A stretch of 64,000 nt of DNA from Balanoglossus misakiensis (GCA_040954595.2 CM082583.2:7810849-7874848), one strand, 5' to 3'. Shown: positions 1 to 15,500, counted from the stretch's first letter. Notes: generated by a model from the sequence alone, not told the origin. Numbers and translations: made by a program.

Positions 1-587
1 GAAGGTGGCCCATCAGTTCATTTTCTCCATAATTCTGCTGAACAAATATAATCATCGGGGGAAGTGTAAAGCCTCTGAACGTTCCATGCACAAGTCGATT
101 TGCGGAAGTGTGTTTGATGAATTGCAAGATTATCAACTGGTTATTTTCCTTTCCTTTTTTTTCCTATCTTCACCACGTCCTGTTTGAAATAGTCACTTGA
201 AAGGGCACGCTGCTTTCATTGACAAATTGCAAATTTCTTAATATCCATGAGACTTCACGCGACCGGAACCGAATAGATAGCGACGGCGGGGCGTTTGTGA
301 GAAAAAAATACGTCGGTTCAGTGTTTACAGATTTAACGTGTTTGGGCTTTTTGGAATGGGAAATTAAATACACCGCCAAAAAGCCATTACTCTATAGACC
401 CTGAGCTTCTAATCAGTCCGCCAGAGGCGCGCATTAGTCACGGCACAACCGAAGCGAGAATGCGCATGCCAATTAAGGTTGTATGTGAGAAGAGTGTCAT
501 GCAGACTACAAGAGACGCGCGATTGCGTATTTTTGGAATTATCGCGGGGTTAAGGGCGAAGAAGAAATTTTTAACTTTCGCTTTGCG

Positions 588-3500
588 AAAAAAATAGCAA
601 TTTATCGACTTTCCGAAATATCAAAATTTCTTCATTTTTTCGAAAAAACCATGGGTTATAGCCCATGAAAATCGTCCAAAAATGACAATTTTTCGACTTT
701 CCGAGATATCAAAATTTCTTCATTTTTTCGAAAAAACCATGGGTTATAGCCCATGAAAATCGTCCAAAAATGACAATTTTTCGACTTTCCGAGATATCAA
801 AAATTCTTCATTTTTTCGAAAAAACCATGGGTTATAGCCCATGAAAATCGTCCAAAAATGACAATTTTTCGACTTTCCGAGATATCAAAATTTCTTCATT
901 TTTTCGAAAAAACCATGGGTTATAGCCCATGAAAATCGTCCAAAAATGACAATTTTTCAACTTTCCGAGATATCAAAATTTCTTCATTTTTTCGAAAAAA
1001 CCATGGGTTATAGCCCATGAAAATCGTCCAAAAATGACAATTTTTCGACTTTCCGAGATATCAAAATTTCTTCATTTTTTCGAAAAAACCATGGGTTATA
1101 GCCCATGAAAATCGTCCAAAAATGACAATTTTTCGACTTTCCGAGATATCAAAATTTCTTCATTTTTTCGAAAAAACCATGGGTTATAGCCCATGAAAAT
1201 CGTCCAAAAATGACAATTTTTCGACTTTCCGAGATATCAAAATTTCTTCATTTTTTCGAAAAAACCATGGGTTATAGCCCATGAAAATCGTCCAAAAATG
1301 ACAATTTTTCGACTTTCCGAGATATCAAAATTTCTTCATTTTTTCGAAAAAACCATGGGTTATAGCCCATGAAAATCGTCCAAAAATGACAATTTTTCGA
1401 CTTTCCGAGATATCAAAATTTCTTCATTTTTTCGAAAAAACCATGGGTTATAGCCCATGAAAATCGTCCAAAAATGACAATTTTTCGACTTTCCGAGATA
1501 TCAAAATTTCTTCATTTTTTCGAAAAAACCATGGGTTATAGCCCATGAAAATCGTCCAAAAATGACAATTTTTCGACTTTCCGAGATATCAAAATTTCTT
1601 CATTTTTTCGAAAAAACCATGGGTTATAGCCCATGAAAATCGTCCAAAAATGACAATTTTTCGACTTTCCGAGATATCAAAATTTCTTCATTTTTTCGAA
1701 AAAACCATGGGTTATAGCCCATGAAAATCGTCCAAAAATGACAATTTTTCGACTTTCCGAGATATCAAAATTTCTTCATTTTTTCGAAAAAACCATGGGT
1801 TATAGCCCATGAAAATCGTCCAAAAATGACAATTTTTCGACTTTCCGAGATATCAAAAATTCTTCATTTTTTCGAAAAAACCATGGGTTATAGCCCATGA
1901 AAATCGTCCAAAAATGACAATTTTTCGACTTTCCGAGATATCAAAATTTCTTCATTTTTTCGAAAAAAACATGGGTTATAGCCCATGAAAATCGTCCAAA
2001 AATGACAATTTTTCGACTTTCCGAGATATCAAAATTTCTTCATTTTTTCGAAAAAACCATGGGTTATAGCCCATGAAAATCGTCCAAAAATGACACTTTT
2101 TCGACTTTCCGAGATATCAAAATTTCTTCATTTTTTCGAAAAAACCATGGGTTATAGCCCATGAAAATCGTCCAAAAATGACAATTTTTCGACTTTCCGA
2201 GATATCAAAATTTCTTCATTTTTTCGAAAAAACCATGGGTTATAGCCCATGAAAATCGTCCAAAAATGACAATTTTTCGACTTTCCGAGATATCAAAAAT
2301 TCTTCATTTTTTCGAAAAAACCATGGGTTATAGCCCATGAAAATCGTCCAAAAATGACAATTTTTCGACTTTCCGAGATATCAAAATTTCTTCATTTTTT
2401 TGAAAAAACCATGGGTTATAGCCCATGAAAATCGTCCAAAAATGACAATTTTTCGACTTTCCGAGATATCAAAAATTCTTCATTTTTTCGAAAAAACCAT
2501 GGGTTATAGCCCATGAAAATCGTCCAAAAATGACAATTTTTCGACTTTCCGAGATATCAAAATTTCTTCATTTTTTCGAAAAAACCATGGGTTATAGCCC
2601 ATGAAAATCGTCCAAAAATGACAATTTTTCGACTTTCCGAGATATCAAAATTTCTTCATTTTTTTGAAAAAACCATGGGTTATAGCCCATGAAAATCGTC
2701 CAAAAATGACAATTTTTCGACTTTCCGAGATATCAAAATTTCTTCATTTTTTCGAAAAAACCATGGGTTATAGCCCATGAAAATCGTCCAAAAATGACAA
2801 TTTTTCGACTTTCCGAGATATCAAAATTTCTTCATTTTTTCGAAAAAAACATGGGTTATAGCTCATGAAAATCGTCCAAAAATGACAATTTTTCGACTTT
2901 CCGAGATATCAAAATTTCTTCATTTTTTCGAAAAAACCATGGGTTATAGCCCATGAAAATCGTCCAAAAATGACAATTTTTCGACTTTCCGAGATATCAA
3001 AAATTCTTCATTTTTTCGAAAAAACCATGGGTTATAGCCCATGAAAATCGTCCAAAAATGACAATTTTTCGACTTTCCGAGATATCAAAAATTCTTCATT
3101 TTTTCGAAAAAACCATGGGTTATAGCCCATGAAAATCGTCCAAAAATGACAATTTTTCGACTTTCCGAGATATCAAAATTTCTTCATTTTTTCGAAAAAA
3201 CCATGGGTTATAGCCCATGAAAATCGTCCAAAAATGACAATTTTTCGACTTTCCGAGATATCAAAATTTCTTCATTTTTTCGAAAAAACCATGGGTTATA
3301 GCCCATGAAAATCGTCCAAAAATGACAATTTTTCGACTTTCCGAGATATCAAAATTTCTTCATTTTTTCGAAAAAACCATGGGTTATAGCCCATGAAAAT
3401 CGTCCAAAAATGACAATTTTTCGACTTTCCGAGATATCAAAATTTCTTCATTTTTTCGAAAAAACCATGGGTTATAGCCCATGAAAATCGTCCAAAAATG

Positions 3501-6500
3501 ACAATTTTTCGACTTTCCGAGATATCAAAAATTCTTCATTTTTTCGAAAAAACCATGGGTTATAGCCCATGAAAATCGTCCAAAAATGACAATTTTTCGA
3601 CTTTCCGAGATATCAAAAATTCTTCATTTTTTCGAAAAAACCATGGGTTATAGCCCATGAAAATCGTCCAAAAATGACAATTTTTCGACTTTCCGAGATA
3701 TCAAAATTTCTTCATTTTTTCGAAAAAACCATGGGTTATAGCCCATGAAAATCGTCCAAAAATGACAATTTTTCGACTTTCCGAGATATCAAAATTTCTT
3801 CATTTTTTCGAAAAAACCATGGGTTATAGCCCATGAAAATCGTCCAAAAATGACAATTTTTCGACTTTCCGAGATATCAAAATTTCTTCATTTTTTCGAA
3901 AAAACCATGGGTTATAGCCCATGAAAATCGTCCAAAAATGACAATTTTTCGACTTTCCGAGATATCAAAATTTCTTCATTTTTTCGAAAAAACCATGGGT
4001 TATAGCCCATGAAAATCGTCCAAAAATGACAATTTTTCGACTTTCCGAGAAATCAAAATTTCTTCATTTTTTCGAAAAAACCATGGGTTATAGCCCATGA
4101 AAATCGTCCAAAAATGACAATTTTTCGACTTTCCGAGATATCAAAATTTATTCATTTTTTCGAAAAAACCATGGGTTATAGCCCATGAAAATCGTCCAAA
4201 AATGACACTTTTTCGACTTTCCGAGATATCAAAAATTATTCATTTTTTCGAAAAAACCATGGGTTATAGCCCATGAAAATCGTCCAAAAATGACAATTTT
4301 TCGACTTTCCGAGATATCAAAAATTCTTCATTTTTTCGAAAAAACCATGGGTTATAGCCCATGAAAATCGTCCAAAAATGACACTTTTTCGATTTTCCGA
4401 GATATCAAAATTTCTTCATTTTTTCGAAAAAACCATGGGTTATAGCCCATGAAAATCGTCCAAAAATGACAATTTTTCGACTTTCCGAGATATCAAAATT
4501 TCTTCATTTTTTCGAAAAAACCATGGGTTATAGCCCATGAAAATCGTCCAAAAATGACAATTTTTCGACTTTCCGAGATATCAAAAATTATTCATTTTTT
4601 CGAAAAAACCATGGGTTATAGCCCATGAAAATCGTCCAAAAATGACAATTTTTCGACTTTCCGAGATATCAAAAATTCTTCATTTTTTCGAAAAAACCAT
4701 GGGTTATAGCCCATGAAAATCGTCCAAAAATGACAATTTTTCGACTTTCCGAGATATCAAAATTTCTTCATTTTTTCGAAAAAACCATGGGTTATAGCCC
4801 ATGAAAATCGTCCAAAAATGACAATTTTTCGACTTTCCGAGATATCAAAATTTCTTCATTTTTTCGAAAAAAACATGGGTTATAGCCCATGAAAATCGTC
4901 CAAAAATGACAATTTTTCGACTTTCCGAGATATCAAAATTTCTTCATTTTTTCGAAAAAACCATGGGTTATAGCCCATGAAAATCGTCCAAAAATGACAA
5001 TTTTTCGACTTTCCGAGATATCAAAATTTCTTCATTTTTTCGAAAAAACCATGGGTTATAGCCCATGAAAATCGTCCAAAAATGACAATTTTTCGACTTT
5101 CCGAGATATCAAAATTTCTTCATTTTTTCGAAAAAACCATGGGTTATAGCCCATGAAAATCGTCCAAAAATGACAATTTTTCGACTTTCCGAGATATCAA
5201 AAATTCTTCATTTTTTCGAAAAAACCATGGGTTATAGCCCATGAAAATCGTCCAAAAATGACAATTTTTCGACTTTCCGAGATATCAAAAATTCTTCATT
5301 TTTTCGAAAAAACCATGGGTTATAGCCCATGAAAATCGTCCAAAAATGACAATTTTTCGACTTTCCGAGATATCAAAATTTCTTCATTTTTTCGAAAAAA
5401 CCATGGGTTATAGCCCATGAAAATCGTCCAAAAATGACAATTTTTCGACTTTCCGAGATATCAAAATTTCTTCATTTTTTCGAAAAAACCATGGGTTATA
5501 GCCCATGAAAATCGTCCAAAAATGACACTTTTTCGACTTTCCGAGATATCAAAATTTCTTCATTTTTTCGAAAAAACCATGGGTTATAGCCCATGAAAAT
5601 CGTCCAAAAATGACACTTTTTCGACTTTCCGAGATATCAAAATTTCTTCATTTTTTCGAAAAAACCATGGGTTATAGCCCATGAAAATCGTCCAAAAATG
5701 ACAATTTTTCGACTTTCCGAGATATCAAAATTTATTCATTTTTTCGAAAAAACCATGGGTTATAGCCCATGAAAATCGTCCAAAAATGACAATTTTTCGA
5801 CTTTCCGAGATATCAAAATTTATTCATTTTTTCGAAAAAACCATGGGTTATAGCCCATGAAAATCGTCCAAAAATGACACTTTTTCGACTTTCCGAGATA
5901 TCAAAAATTATTCATTTTTTCGAAAAAACCATGGGTTATAGCCCATGAAAATCGTCCAAAAATGACAATTTTTCGACTTTCCGAGATATCAAAAATTCTT
6001 CATTTTTTCGAAAAAACCATGGGTTATAGCCCATGAAAATCGTCCAAAAATGACAATTTTTCGATTTTCCGAGATATCAAAATTTCTTCATTTTTTCGAA
6101 AAAACCATGGGTTATAGCCCATGAAAATCGTCCAAAAATGACAATTTTTCGACTTTCCGAGATATCAAAATTTCTTCATTTTTTCGAAAAAACCATGGGT
6201 TATAGCCCATGAAAATCGTCCAAAAATGACAATTTTTCGACTTTCCGAGATATTAAAAATTCTTCATTTTTTCGAAAAAACCATGGGTTATAGCCCATGA
6301 AAATCGTCCAAAAATGACAATTTTTCGACTTTCCGAGATATCAAAAATTCTTCATTTTTTCGAAAAAACCATGGGTTATAGCCCATGAAAATCGTCCAAA
6401 AATGACAATTTTTCGACTTTCCGAGATATCAAAAATTCTTCATTTTTTCGAAAAAACCATGGGTTATAGCCCATGAAAATCGTCCAAAAATGACAATTTT

Positions 6501-9500
6501 TCGACTTTCCGAGATATCAAAATTTCTTCATTTTTTCGAAAAAACCATGGGTTATAGACCATGAAAATCGTCCAAAAATGACAATTTTTCGACTTTCCGA
6601 GATATCAAAATTTCTTCATTTTTTCGAAAAAAACATGGGTTATAGCCCATGAAAATCGTCCAAAAATGACAATTTTTCGACTTTCCGAGATATCAAAAAT
6701 TCTTCATTTTTTCGAAAAAACCATGGGTTATAGCCCATGAAAATCGTCCAAAAATGACAATTTTTCGACTTTCCGAGATATCAAAATTTCTTCATTTTTT
6801 CGAAAAAACCATGGGTTATAGCCCATGAAAATCGTCCAAAAATGACAATTTTTCGACTTTCCGAGATATCAAAATTTCTTCATTTTTTCGAAAAAACCAT
6901 GGGTTATAGCCCATGAAAATCGTCCAAAAATGACAATTTTTCGACTTTCCGAGATATCAAAAATTCTTCATTTTTTCGAAAAAACCATGGGTTATAGCCC
7001 ATGAAAATCGTCCAAAAATGACAATTTTTCGACTTTCCGAGATATCAAAATTTCTTCATTTTTTCGAAAAAACCATGGGTTATAGCCCATGAAAATCGTC
7101 CAAAAATGACAATTTTTCGACTTTCCGAGATATCAAAATTTCTTCATTTTTTCGAAAAAACCATGGGTTATAGCCCATGAAAATCGTCCAAAAATGACAA
7201 TTTTTCGACTTTCCGAGATATCAAAATTTCTTCATTTTTTCGAAAAAACCATGGGTTATAGCCCATGAAAATCGTCCAAAAATGACAATTTTTCGACTTT
7301 CCGAGATATCAAAATTTCTTCATTTTTTCGAAAAAACCATGGGTTATAGCCCATGAAAATCGTCCAAAAATGACAATTTTTCGACTTTCCGAGATATCAA
7401 AATTTCTTCATTTTTTCGAAAAAACAATGGGTTATAGCCCATGAAAATCGTCCAAAAATGACAATTTTTCGACTTCCCGAGATATCAAAATTTCTTCATT
7501 TTTTCGAAAAAACCATGGGTTATAGCCCATGAAAATCGTCCAAAAATGACAATTTTTCGACTTTCCGAGATATCAAAATTTCTTCATTTTTTCGAAAAAA
7601 CCATAGGTTTTAGCCCATGAAAATCGTCCAAAAATGACAATTTTTCGACTTTCCGAGATATCAAAATTTCTTCATTTTTTCGAAAAAACCATGGGTTATA
7701 GCCCATGAAAATCGTCCAAAAATGACAATTTTTCGACTTTCCGAGATATCAAAAATTCTTCATTTTTTCGAAAAAACCATGGGTTATAGCCCATGAAAAT
7801 CGTCCAAAAATGACAATTTTTCGACTTTCCGAGATATCAAAAATTCTTTATTTTTTCGAAAAAACCATGGGTTATAGCCCATGAAAATCGTCCAAAAATG
7901 ACAATTTTTCGACTTTCCGAGATATCAAAAATTCTTCATTTTTTCGAAAAAACCATGGGTTATAGCCCATGAAAATCGTCCAAAAATGACAATTTTTCGA
8001 CTTTCCGAGATATCAAAATTTCTTCATTTTTTCGAAAAAACCATGGGTTATAGCCCATGAAAATCGTCCAAAAATGACAATTTTTCGACTTTCCGAGATA
8101 TCAAAATTTCTTCATTTTTTCGAAAAAACCATGGGTTATAGCCCATGAAAATCGTCCAAAAATGACAATTTTTCGACTTTCCGAGATATCAAAAATTCAT
8201 CATTTTTTCGAAAAAACCATGGGTTATAGCCCATGAAAATCGTCCAAAAATGACAATTTTTCGACTTTCCGAGATATCAAAAATTCTTCATTTTTTCGAA
8301 AAAACCATGGGTTTTTCGAAAAAACCATGGGTTATAGCCCATGAAAATCGTCCAAAAATGACAATTTTTCGACTTTCCGAGATATCAAAATTTCTTCATT
8401 TTTTCGAAAAAACCATGGGTTATAGCCCATGAAAATCGTCCAAAAATGACAATTTTTCGACTTTCCGAGATATCAAAAATTCTTCATTTTTTCGAAAAAA
8501 CCATGGGTTATAGCCCATGAAAATCGTCCAAAAATGACAATTTTTCGACTTTCCGAGATATCAAAATTTCTTCATTTTTTCGAAAAAACCATGGGTTATA
8601 GCCCATGAAAATCGTCCAAAAATGACAATTTTTCGACTTTCCGAGATATCAAAATTTCTTCATTTTTTCGAAAAAACCATGGGTTATAGCCCATGAAAAT
8701 CGTCCAAAAATGACAATTTTTCGACTTTCCGAGATATCAAAATTTCTTCATTTTTTCGAAAAAACCATGGGTTATAGCCCATGAAAATCGTCCAAAAATG
8801 ACAATTTTTCGACTTTCCGAGATATCAAAATTTCTTCATTTTTTCGAAAAAACCATGGGTTATAGCCCATGAAAATCGTCCAAAAATGACAATTTTTCGA
8901 CTTTCCGAGATATCAAAATTTCTTCATTTTTTCGAAAAAACAATGGGTTATAGCCCATGAAAATCGTCCAAAAATGACAATTTTTCGACTTCCCGAGATA
9001 TCAAAATTTCTTCATTTTTTCGAAAAAACCATGGGTTATAGCCCATGAAAATCGTCCAAAAATGACAATTTTTCGACTTTCCGAGATATCAAAATTTCTT
9101 CATTTTTTCGAAAAAACCATGGGTTTTAGCCCATGAAAATCGTCCAAAAATGACAATTTTTCGACTTTCCGAGATATCAAAATTTCTTCATTTTTTCGAA
9201 AAAACCATGGGTTATAGCCCATGAAAATCGTCCAAAAATGACAATTTTTCGACTTTCCGAGATATCAAAAATTCTTCATTTTTTCGAAAAAACCATGGGT
9301 TATAGCCCATGAAAATCGTCCAAAAATGACAATTTTTCGACTTTCCGAGATATCAAAAATTCTTTATTTTTTCGAAAAAACCATGGGTTATAGCCCATGA
9401 AAATCGTCCAAAAATGACAATTTTTCGACTTTCCGAGATATCAAAAATTCTTCATTTTTTCGAAAAAACCATGGGTTATAGCCCATGAAAATCGTCCAAA

Positions 9501-12500
9501 AATGACAATTTTTCGACTTTCCGAGATATCAAAATTTCTTCATTTTTTCGAAAAAACCATGGGTTATAGCCCATGAAAATCGTCCAAAAATGACAATTTT
9601 TCGACTTTCCGAGATATCAAAATTTCTTCATTTTTTCGAAAAAACCATGGGTTATAGCCCATGAAAATCGTCCAAAAATGACAATTTTTCGACTTTCCGA
9701 GATATCAAAAATTCATCATTTTTTCGAAAAAACCATGGGTTATAGCCCATGAAAATCGTCCAAAAATGACAATTTTTCGACTTTCCGAGATATCAAAAAT
9801 TCTTCATTTTTTCGAAAAAACCATGGGTTATAGCCCATGAAAATCGTCCAAAAATGACAATTTTTCGACTTTCCGAGATATCAAAAATTCTTCATTTTTT
9901 CGAAAAAACCATGGGTTATAGCCCATGAAAATCGTCCAAAAATGACAATTTTTCGACTTTCCGAGATATCAAAATTTCTTCATTTTTTCGAAAAAACCAT
10001 GGGTTATAGACCATGAAAATCGTCCAAAAATGACAATTTTTCGACTTTCCGAGATATCAAAATTTCTTCATTTTTTCGAAAAAAACATGGGTTATAGCCC
10101 ATGAAAATCGTCCAAAAATGACAATTTTTCGACTTTCCGAGATATCAAAAATTCTTCATTTTTTCGAAAAAACCATGGGTTATAGCCCATGAAAATCGTC
10201 CAAAAATGACAATTTTTCGACTTTCCGAGATATCAAAAATTCTTCATTTTTTCGAAAAAACCATGGGTTATAGCCCATGAAAATCGTCCAAAAATGACAA
10301 TTTTTCGACTTTCCGAGATATCAAAATTTCTTCATTTTTTCGAAAAAACCATGGGTTATAGCCCATGAAAATCGTCCAAAAATGACAATTTTTCGACTTT
10401 CCGAGATATCAAAATTTCTTCATTTTTTCGAAAAAACCATGGGTTATAGCCCATGAAAATCGTCCAAAAATGACAATTTTTCGACTTTCCGAGATATCAA
10501 AAATTCTTCATTTTTTCGAAAAAACCATGGGTTATAGCCCATGAAAATCGTCCAAAAATGACAATTTTTCGACTTTCCGAGATATCAAAAATTCTTCATT
10601 TTTTCGAAAAAACCATGGGTTATAGCCCATGAAAATCGTCCAAAAATGACAATTTTTCGACTTTCCGAGATATCAAAATTTCTTCATTTTTTCGAAAAAA
10701 CCATGGGTTATAGCCCATGAAAATCGTCCAAAAATGACAATTTTTCGACTTTCCGAGATATCAAAATTTCTTCATTTTTTCGAAAAAACCATGGGTTATA
10801 GCCCATGAAAATCGTCCAAAAATGACAATTTTTCGACTTTCCGAGATATCAAAAATTCTTCATTTTTTCGAAAAAACCATGGGTTATAGCCCATGAAAAT
10901 CGTCCAAAAATGACAATTTTTCGACTTTCCGAGATATCAAAAATTCTTCATTTTTTCGAAAAAACCATGGGTTATAGCCCATGAAAATCGTCCAAAAATG
11001 ACAATTTTTCGACTTTCCGAGATATCAAAATTTCTTCATTTTTTCGAAAAAACCATGGGTTATAGCCCATGAAAATCGTCCAAAAATGACAATTTTTCGA
11101 CTTTCCGAGATATCAAAATTTCTTCATTTTTTCGAAAAAACCATGGGTTATAGCCCATGAAAATCGTCCAAAAATGACAATTTTTCGACTTTCCGAGATA
11201 TCAAAATTTCTTCATTTTTTCGAAAAAACCATGGGTTATAGCCCATGAAAATCGTCCAAAAATGACAATTTTTCGACTTTCCGAGATATCAAAATTTCTT
11301 CATTTTTTCGAAAAAACCATGGGTTATAGCCCATGAAAATCGTCCAAAAATGACAATTTTGCGACTTTCCGAGATATCAAAAATTCTTCATTTTTTCGAA
11401 AAAACCATGGGTTATAGCCCATGAAAATCGTCCAAAAATGACAATTTTTCGACTTTCCGAGATATCAAAAATTCTTCATTTTTTCGAAAAAACCATGGGT
11501 TATAGCCCATGAAAATCGTCCAAAAATGACAATTTTTCGACTTTCCGAGATATCAAAAATTCTTCATTTTTTCGAAAAAACCATGGGTTATAGCCCATGA
11601 AAATCGTCCAAAAATGACAATTTTTCGACTTTCCGAGATATCAAAATTTCTTCATTTTTTCGAAAAAACCATGGGTTATAGCCCATGAAAATCGTCCAAA
11701 AATGACAATTTTTCGACTTTCCGAGATATCAAAAATTCTTCATTTTTTCGAAAAAACCATGGGTTATAGCCCATGAAAATCGTCCAAAAATGACAATTTT
11801 TCGACTTTCCGAGATATCAAAAATTCTTCATTTTTTCGAAAAAACCATGGGTTATAGCCCATGAAAATCGTCCAAAAATGACAATTTTTCGACTTTCCGA
11901 GATATCAAAATTTCTTCATTTTTTTCGAAAAAACCATGGGTTATAGCCCACGAAAATCGTCCAAAAATGACAATTTTTCGACTTTCCGAGATATCAAAAT
12001 TTCTTCATTTTTTCGAAAAAACCATGGGTTATAGCCCATGAAAATCGTCCAAAAATGACAATTTTTCGACTTTCCGAGATATCAAAAATTCTTCATTTTT
12101 TCGAAAAAACCATGGGTTATAGCCCATGAAAATCGTCCAAAAATGACAATTTTTCGACTTTCCGAGATATCAAAATTTCTTCATTTTTTCGAAAAAACCA
12201 TGGGTTATAGCCCATGAAAATCGTCCAAAAATGACAATTTTTCGACTTTCCGAGATATCAAAATTTCTTCATTTTTTCGAAAAAACCATGGGTTATAGCC
12301 CATGAAAATCGTCCAAAAATGACAATTTTTCGACTTTCCGAGATATCAAAATTTCTTCATTTTTTCGAAAAAACCATGGGTTATAGCCCATGAAAATCGT
12401 CCAAAAATGACAATTTTTCGACTTTCCGAGATATCAAAATTTCTTCATTTTTTCGAAAAAACCATGGGTTATAGCCCATGAAAATCGTCCAAAAATGACA

Positions 12501-15500
12501 ATTTTTCGACTTTCCGAGATATCAAAATTTCTTCATTTTTTCGAAAAAACCATGGGTTATAGCCCATGAAAATCGTCCAAAAATGACAAATTTTCGACTT
12601 TCCGAGATATCAAAAATTCTTCATTTTTTCGAAAAAACCATGGGTTATAGCCCATGAAAATCGTCCAAAAATGACAAATTTTCGACTTTCCGAGATATCA
12701 AAAATTCTTCATTTTTTCGAAAAAACCATGGGTTATAGCCCATGAAAATCGTCCAAAAATGACAAATTTTCGACTTTCCGAGATATCAAAAATTCTTCAT
12801 TTTTTCGAAAAAACCATGGGTTATAGCCCATGAAAATCGTCCAAAAATGACAATTTTTCGACTTTCCGAGATATCAAAAATTCTTCATTTTTTCGAAAAA
12901 AACCATGGGTTATAGCCCATGAAAATCGTCCAAAAATGACAATTTTTCGACTTTCCGAGATATCAAAATTTCTTCATTTTTTCGAAAAAACCATGGGTTA
13001 TAGCCCATGAAAATCGTCCAAAAATGACAATTTTTCGACTTTCCGAGATATCAAAAATTCTTCATTTTTTCGAAAAAACCATGGGTTATAGCCCATGAAA
13101 ATCGTCCAAAAATGACAATTTTTCGACTTTCCGAGATATCAAAATTTCTTCATTTTTTCGAAAAAACCATGGGTTATAGCCCATGAAAATCGTCCAAAAA
13201 TGACAATTTTTCGACTTTCCGAGATATCAAAAATTCTTCATTTTTTCGAAAAAACCATGGGTTATAGCCCATGAAAATCGTCCAAAATGACAATTTTTCG
13301 ACTTTCCGAGATATCAAAATTTCTTCATTTTTTCGAAAAAACCATGGGTTATAGCCCATGAAAATCGTCCAAAAATGACAATTTTTCGACTTTCCGAGAT
13401 ATCAAAATTTCTTCATTTTTTCGAAAAAACCATGGGTTATAGCCCATGAAAATCGTCCAAAAATGACAATTTTTCGACTTTCCGAGATATCAAAATTTCT
13501 TCATTTTTTCGAAAAAACCATGGGTTATAGCCCATGAAAATCGTCCGAAAATGACAATTTTTCGACTTTCCGAGATATCAAAATTTCTTCATTTTTTCGA
13601 AAAAACCATGGGTTATAGCCCATGAAAATCGTCCAAAAATGACAATTTTTCGACTTTCCGAGATATCAAAATTTCTTCATTTTTTCGAAAAAACCATGGG
13701 TTATAGCCCATGAAAATCGTCCAAAAATGACAATTTTTCGACTTTCCGAGATATCAAAATTTCTTCATTTTTTCGAAAAAACCATGGGTTATAGCCCATG
13801 AAAATCGTCCAAAAATGACAATTTTTCGACTTTCCGAGATATCAAAATTTCTTCATTTTTTCGAAAAAACCATGGGTTATAGCCCATGAAAATCGTCGAA
13901 AAAATGACAATTTTTAGACTTTCCGAGATATCAAAATTTCTTCATTTTTTCGAAAAAACCATGGGTTATAGCCCATGAAAATCGTCGAAAAAATGACAAT
14001 TTTTAGACTTTCCGAGATATCAAAAATTCTTCATTTTTTCGAAAAAACCATGGGTTATAGCCCATGAAAATCGTCGAATAAATGACAATTTTTCGACTTT
14101 CCGAGATATCAAAAATTCTTCATTTTTTCGAAAAAACCATGGGTTATAGCCCATGAAAATCGTCGAATAAATGACAATTTTTCGACTTTCCGAGATATCA
14201 AAAATTCTTCATTTTTTCGAAAAAACCATGGGTTATAGCCCATGAAAATCGTCGAATAAATGACAATTTTTCGACTTTCCGAGATATCAAAAATTCTTCA
14301 TTTTTTCGAAAAATCCATGGGTTATAGCCCATGAAAATCGTCCAAAAATGACAATTTTTCGACTTTCCGAGATATCAAAATTTCTTCATTTTTTCGAAAA
14401 AACCATGGGTTATAGCCCATGAAAATCGTCCAAAAATGACAATTTTTCGACTTTCCGAGATATCAAAAATTCTTCACTTTTCGAAAAAACCATGGGTTAT
14501 AGCCCATGAAAATCGTCCAAAAATGACAATTTTTCGACTTTCCGAGATATCAAAATTTCTTCATTTTTTCGAAAAAACCATGGGTTATAGCCCATGAAAA
14601 TCGTCCAAAAATGACAATTTTTCGACTTTCCGAGATATCAAAATTTCTTCATTTTTTCGAAAAAACCATGGGTTATAGCCCATGAAAATCGTCCAAAAAT
14701 GACAATTTTTCGACTTTCCGAGATATCAAAAATTCTTCATTTTTTCGAAAAAACCATGGGTTATAGCCCATGAAAATCGTCCAAAAATGACAATTTTTCG
14801 ACTTTCCGAGATATCAAAAATTCTTCATTTTTTCGAAAAAACCATGGGTTATAGCACATGAAAATCGTCCAAAAATGACAATTTTTCGACTTTCCGAGAT
14901 ATCAAAAATTCTTCATTTTTTCGAAAAAACCATGGGTTATAGCCCATGAAAATCGTCCAAAAATGACAATTTTTCGACTTTCCGAGATATCAAAAATTCT
15001 TCATTTTTTCGAAAAAACCATGGGTTATAGCCCATGAAAATCGTCCAAAAATGACAATTTTTCGACTTTCCGAGATATCAAAAATTCTTCATTTTTTCGA
15101 AAAAACCATGGGTTATAGCCCATGAAAATCGTCCAAAAATGACAATTTTTCGACTTTCCGAGATATCAAAAATTCTTCATTTTTTCGAAAAAACCATGGG
15201 TTATAGCCCATGAAAATCGTCCAAAAATGACAATTTTTCGACTTTCCGAGATATCAAAAATTCTTCATTTTTTCGAAAAAACCATGGGTTATAGCCCATG
15301 AAAATCGTCCAAAAATGACAATTTTTCGACTTTCCGAGATATCAAAAATTCTTCATTTTTTCGAAAAAACCATGGGTTATAGCCCATGAAAATCGTCTAA
15401 AAATGACAATTTTTCGACTTTCCCAGATATCAAAATTTCTTCATTTTTTCGAAAAAACCATGGGTTATAGCCCATGAAAATCGTCCAAAAATGACAATTT

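Noticed and set aside
487-494. GAG-starting leader as a Sola3 transposon terminus
   Set aside because: Not preceded by TTAA and no matching inverted terminus in the window.
8250-8432. ORFs within the satellite (also 13174-13359)
   Set aside because: Produced by a 20-bp micro-duplication or a 2-bp deletion that shifts frame past the monomer's stop. No coding evidence.
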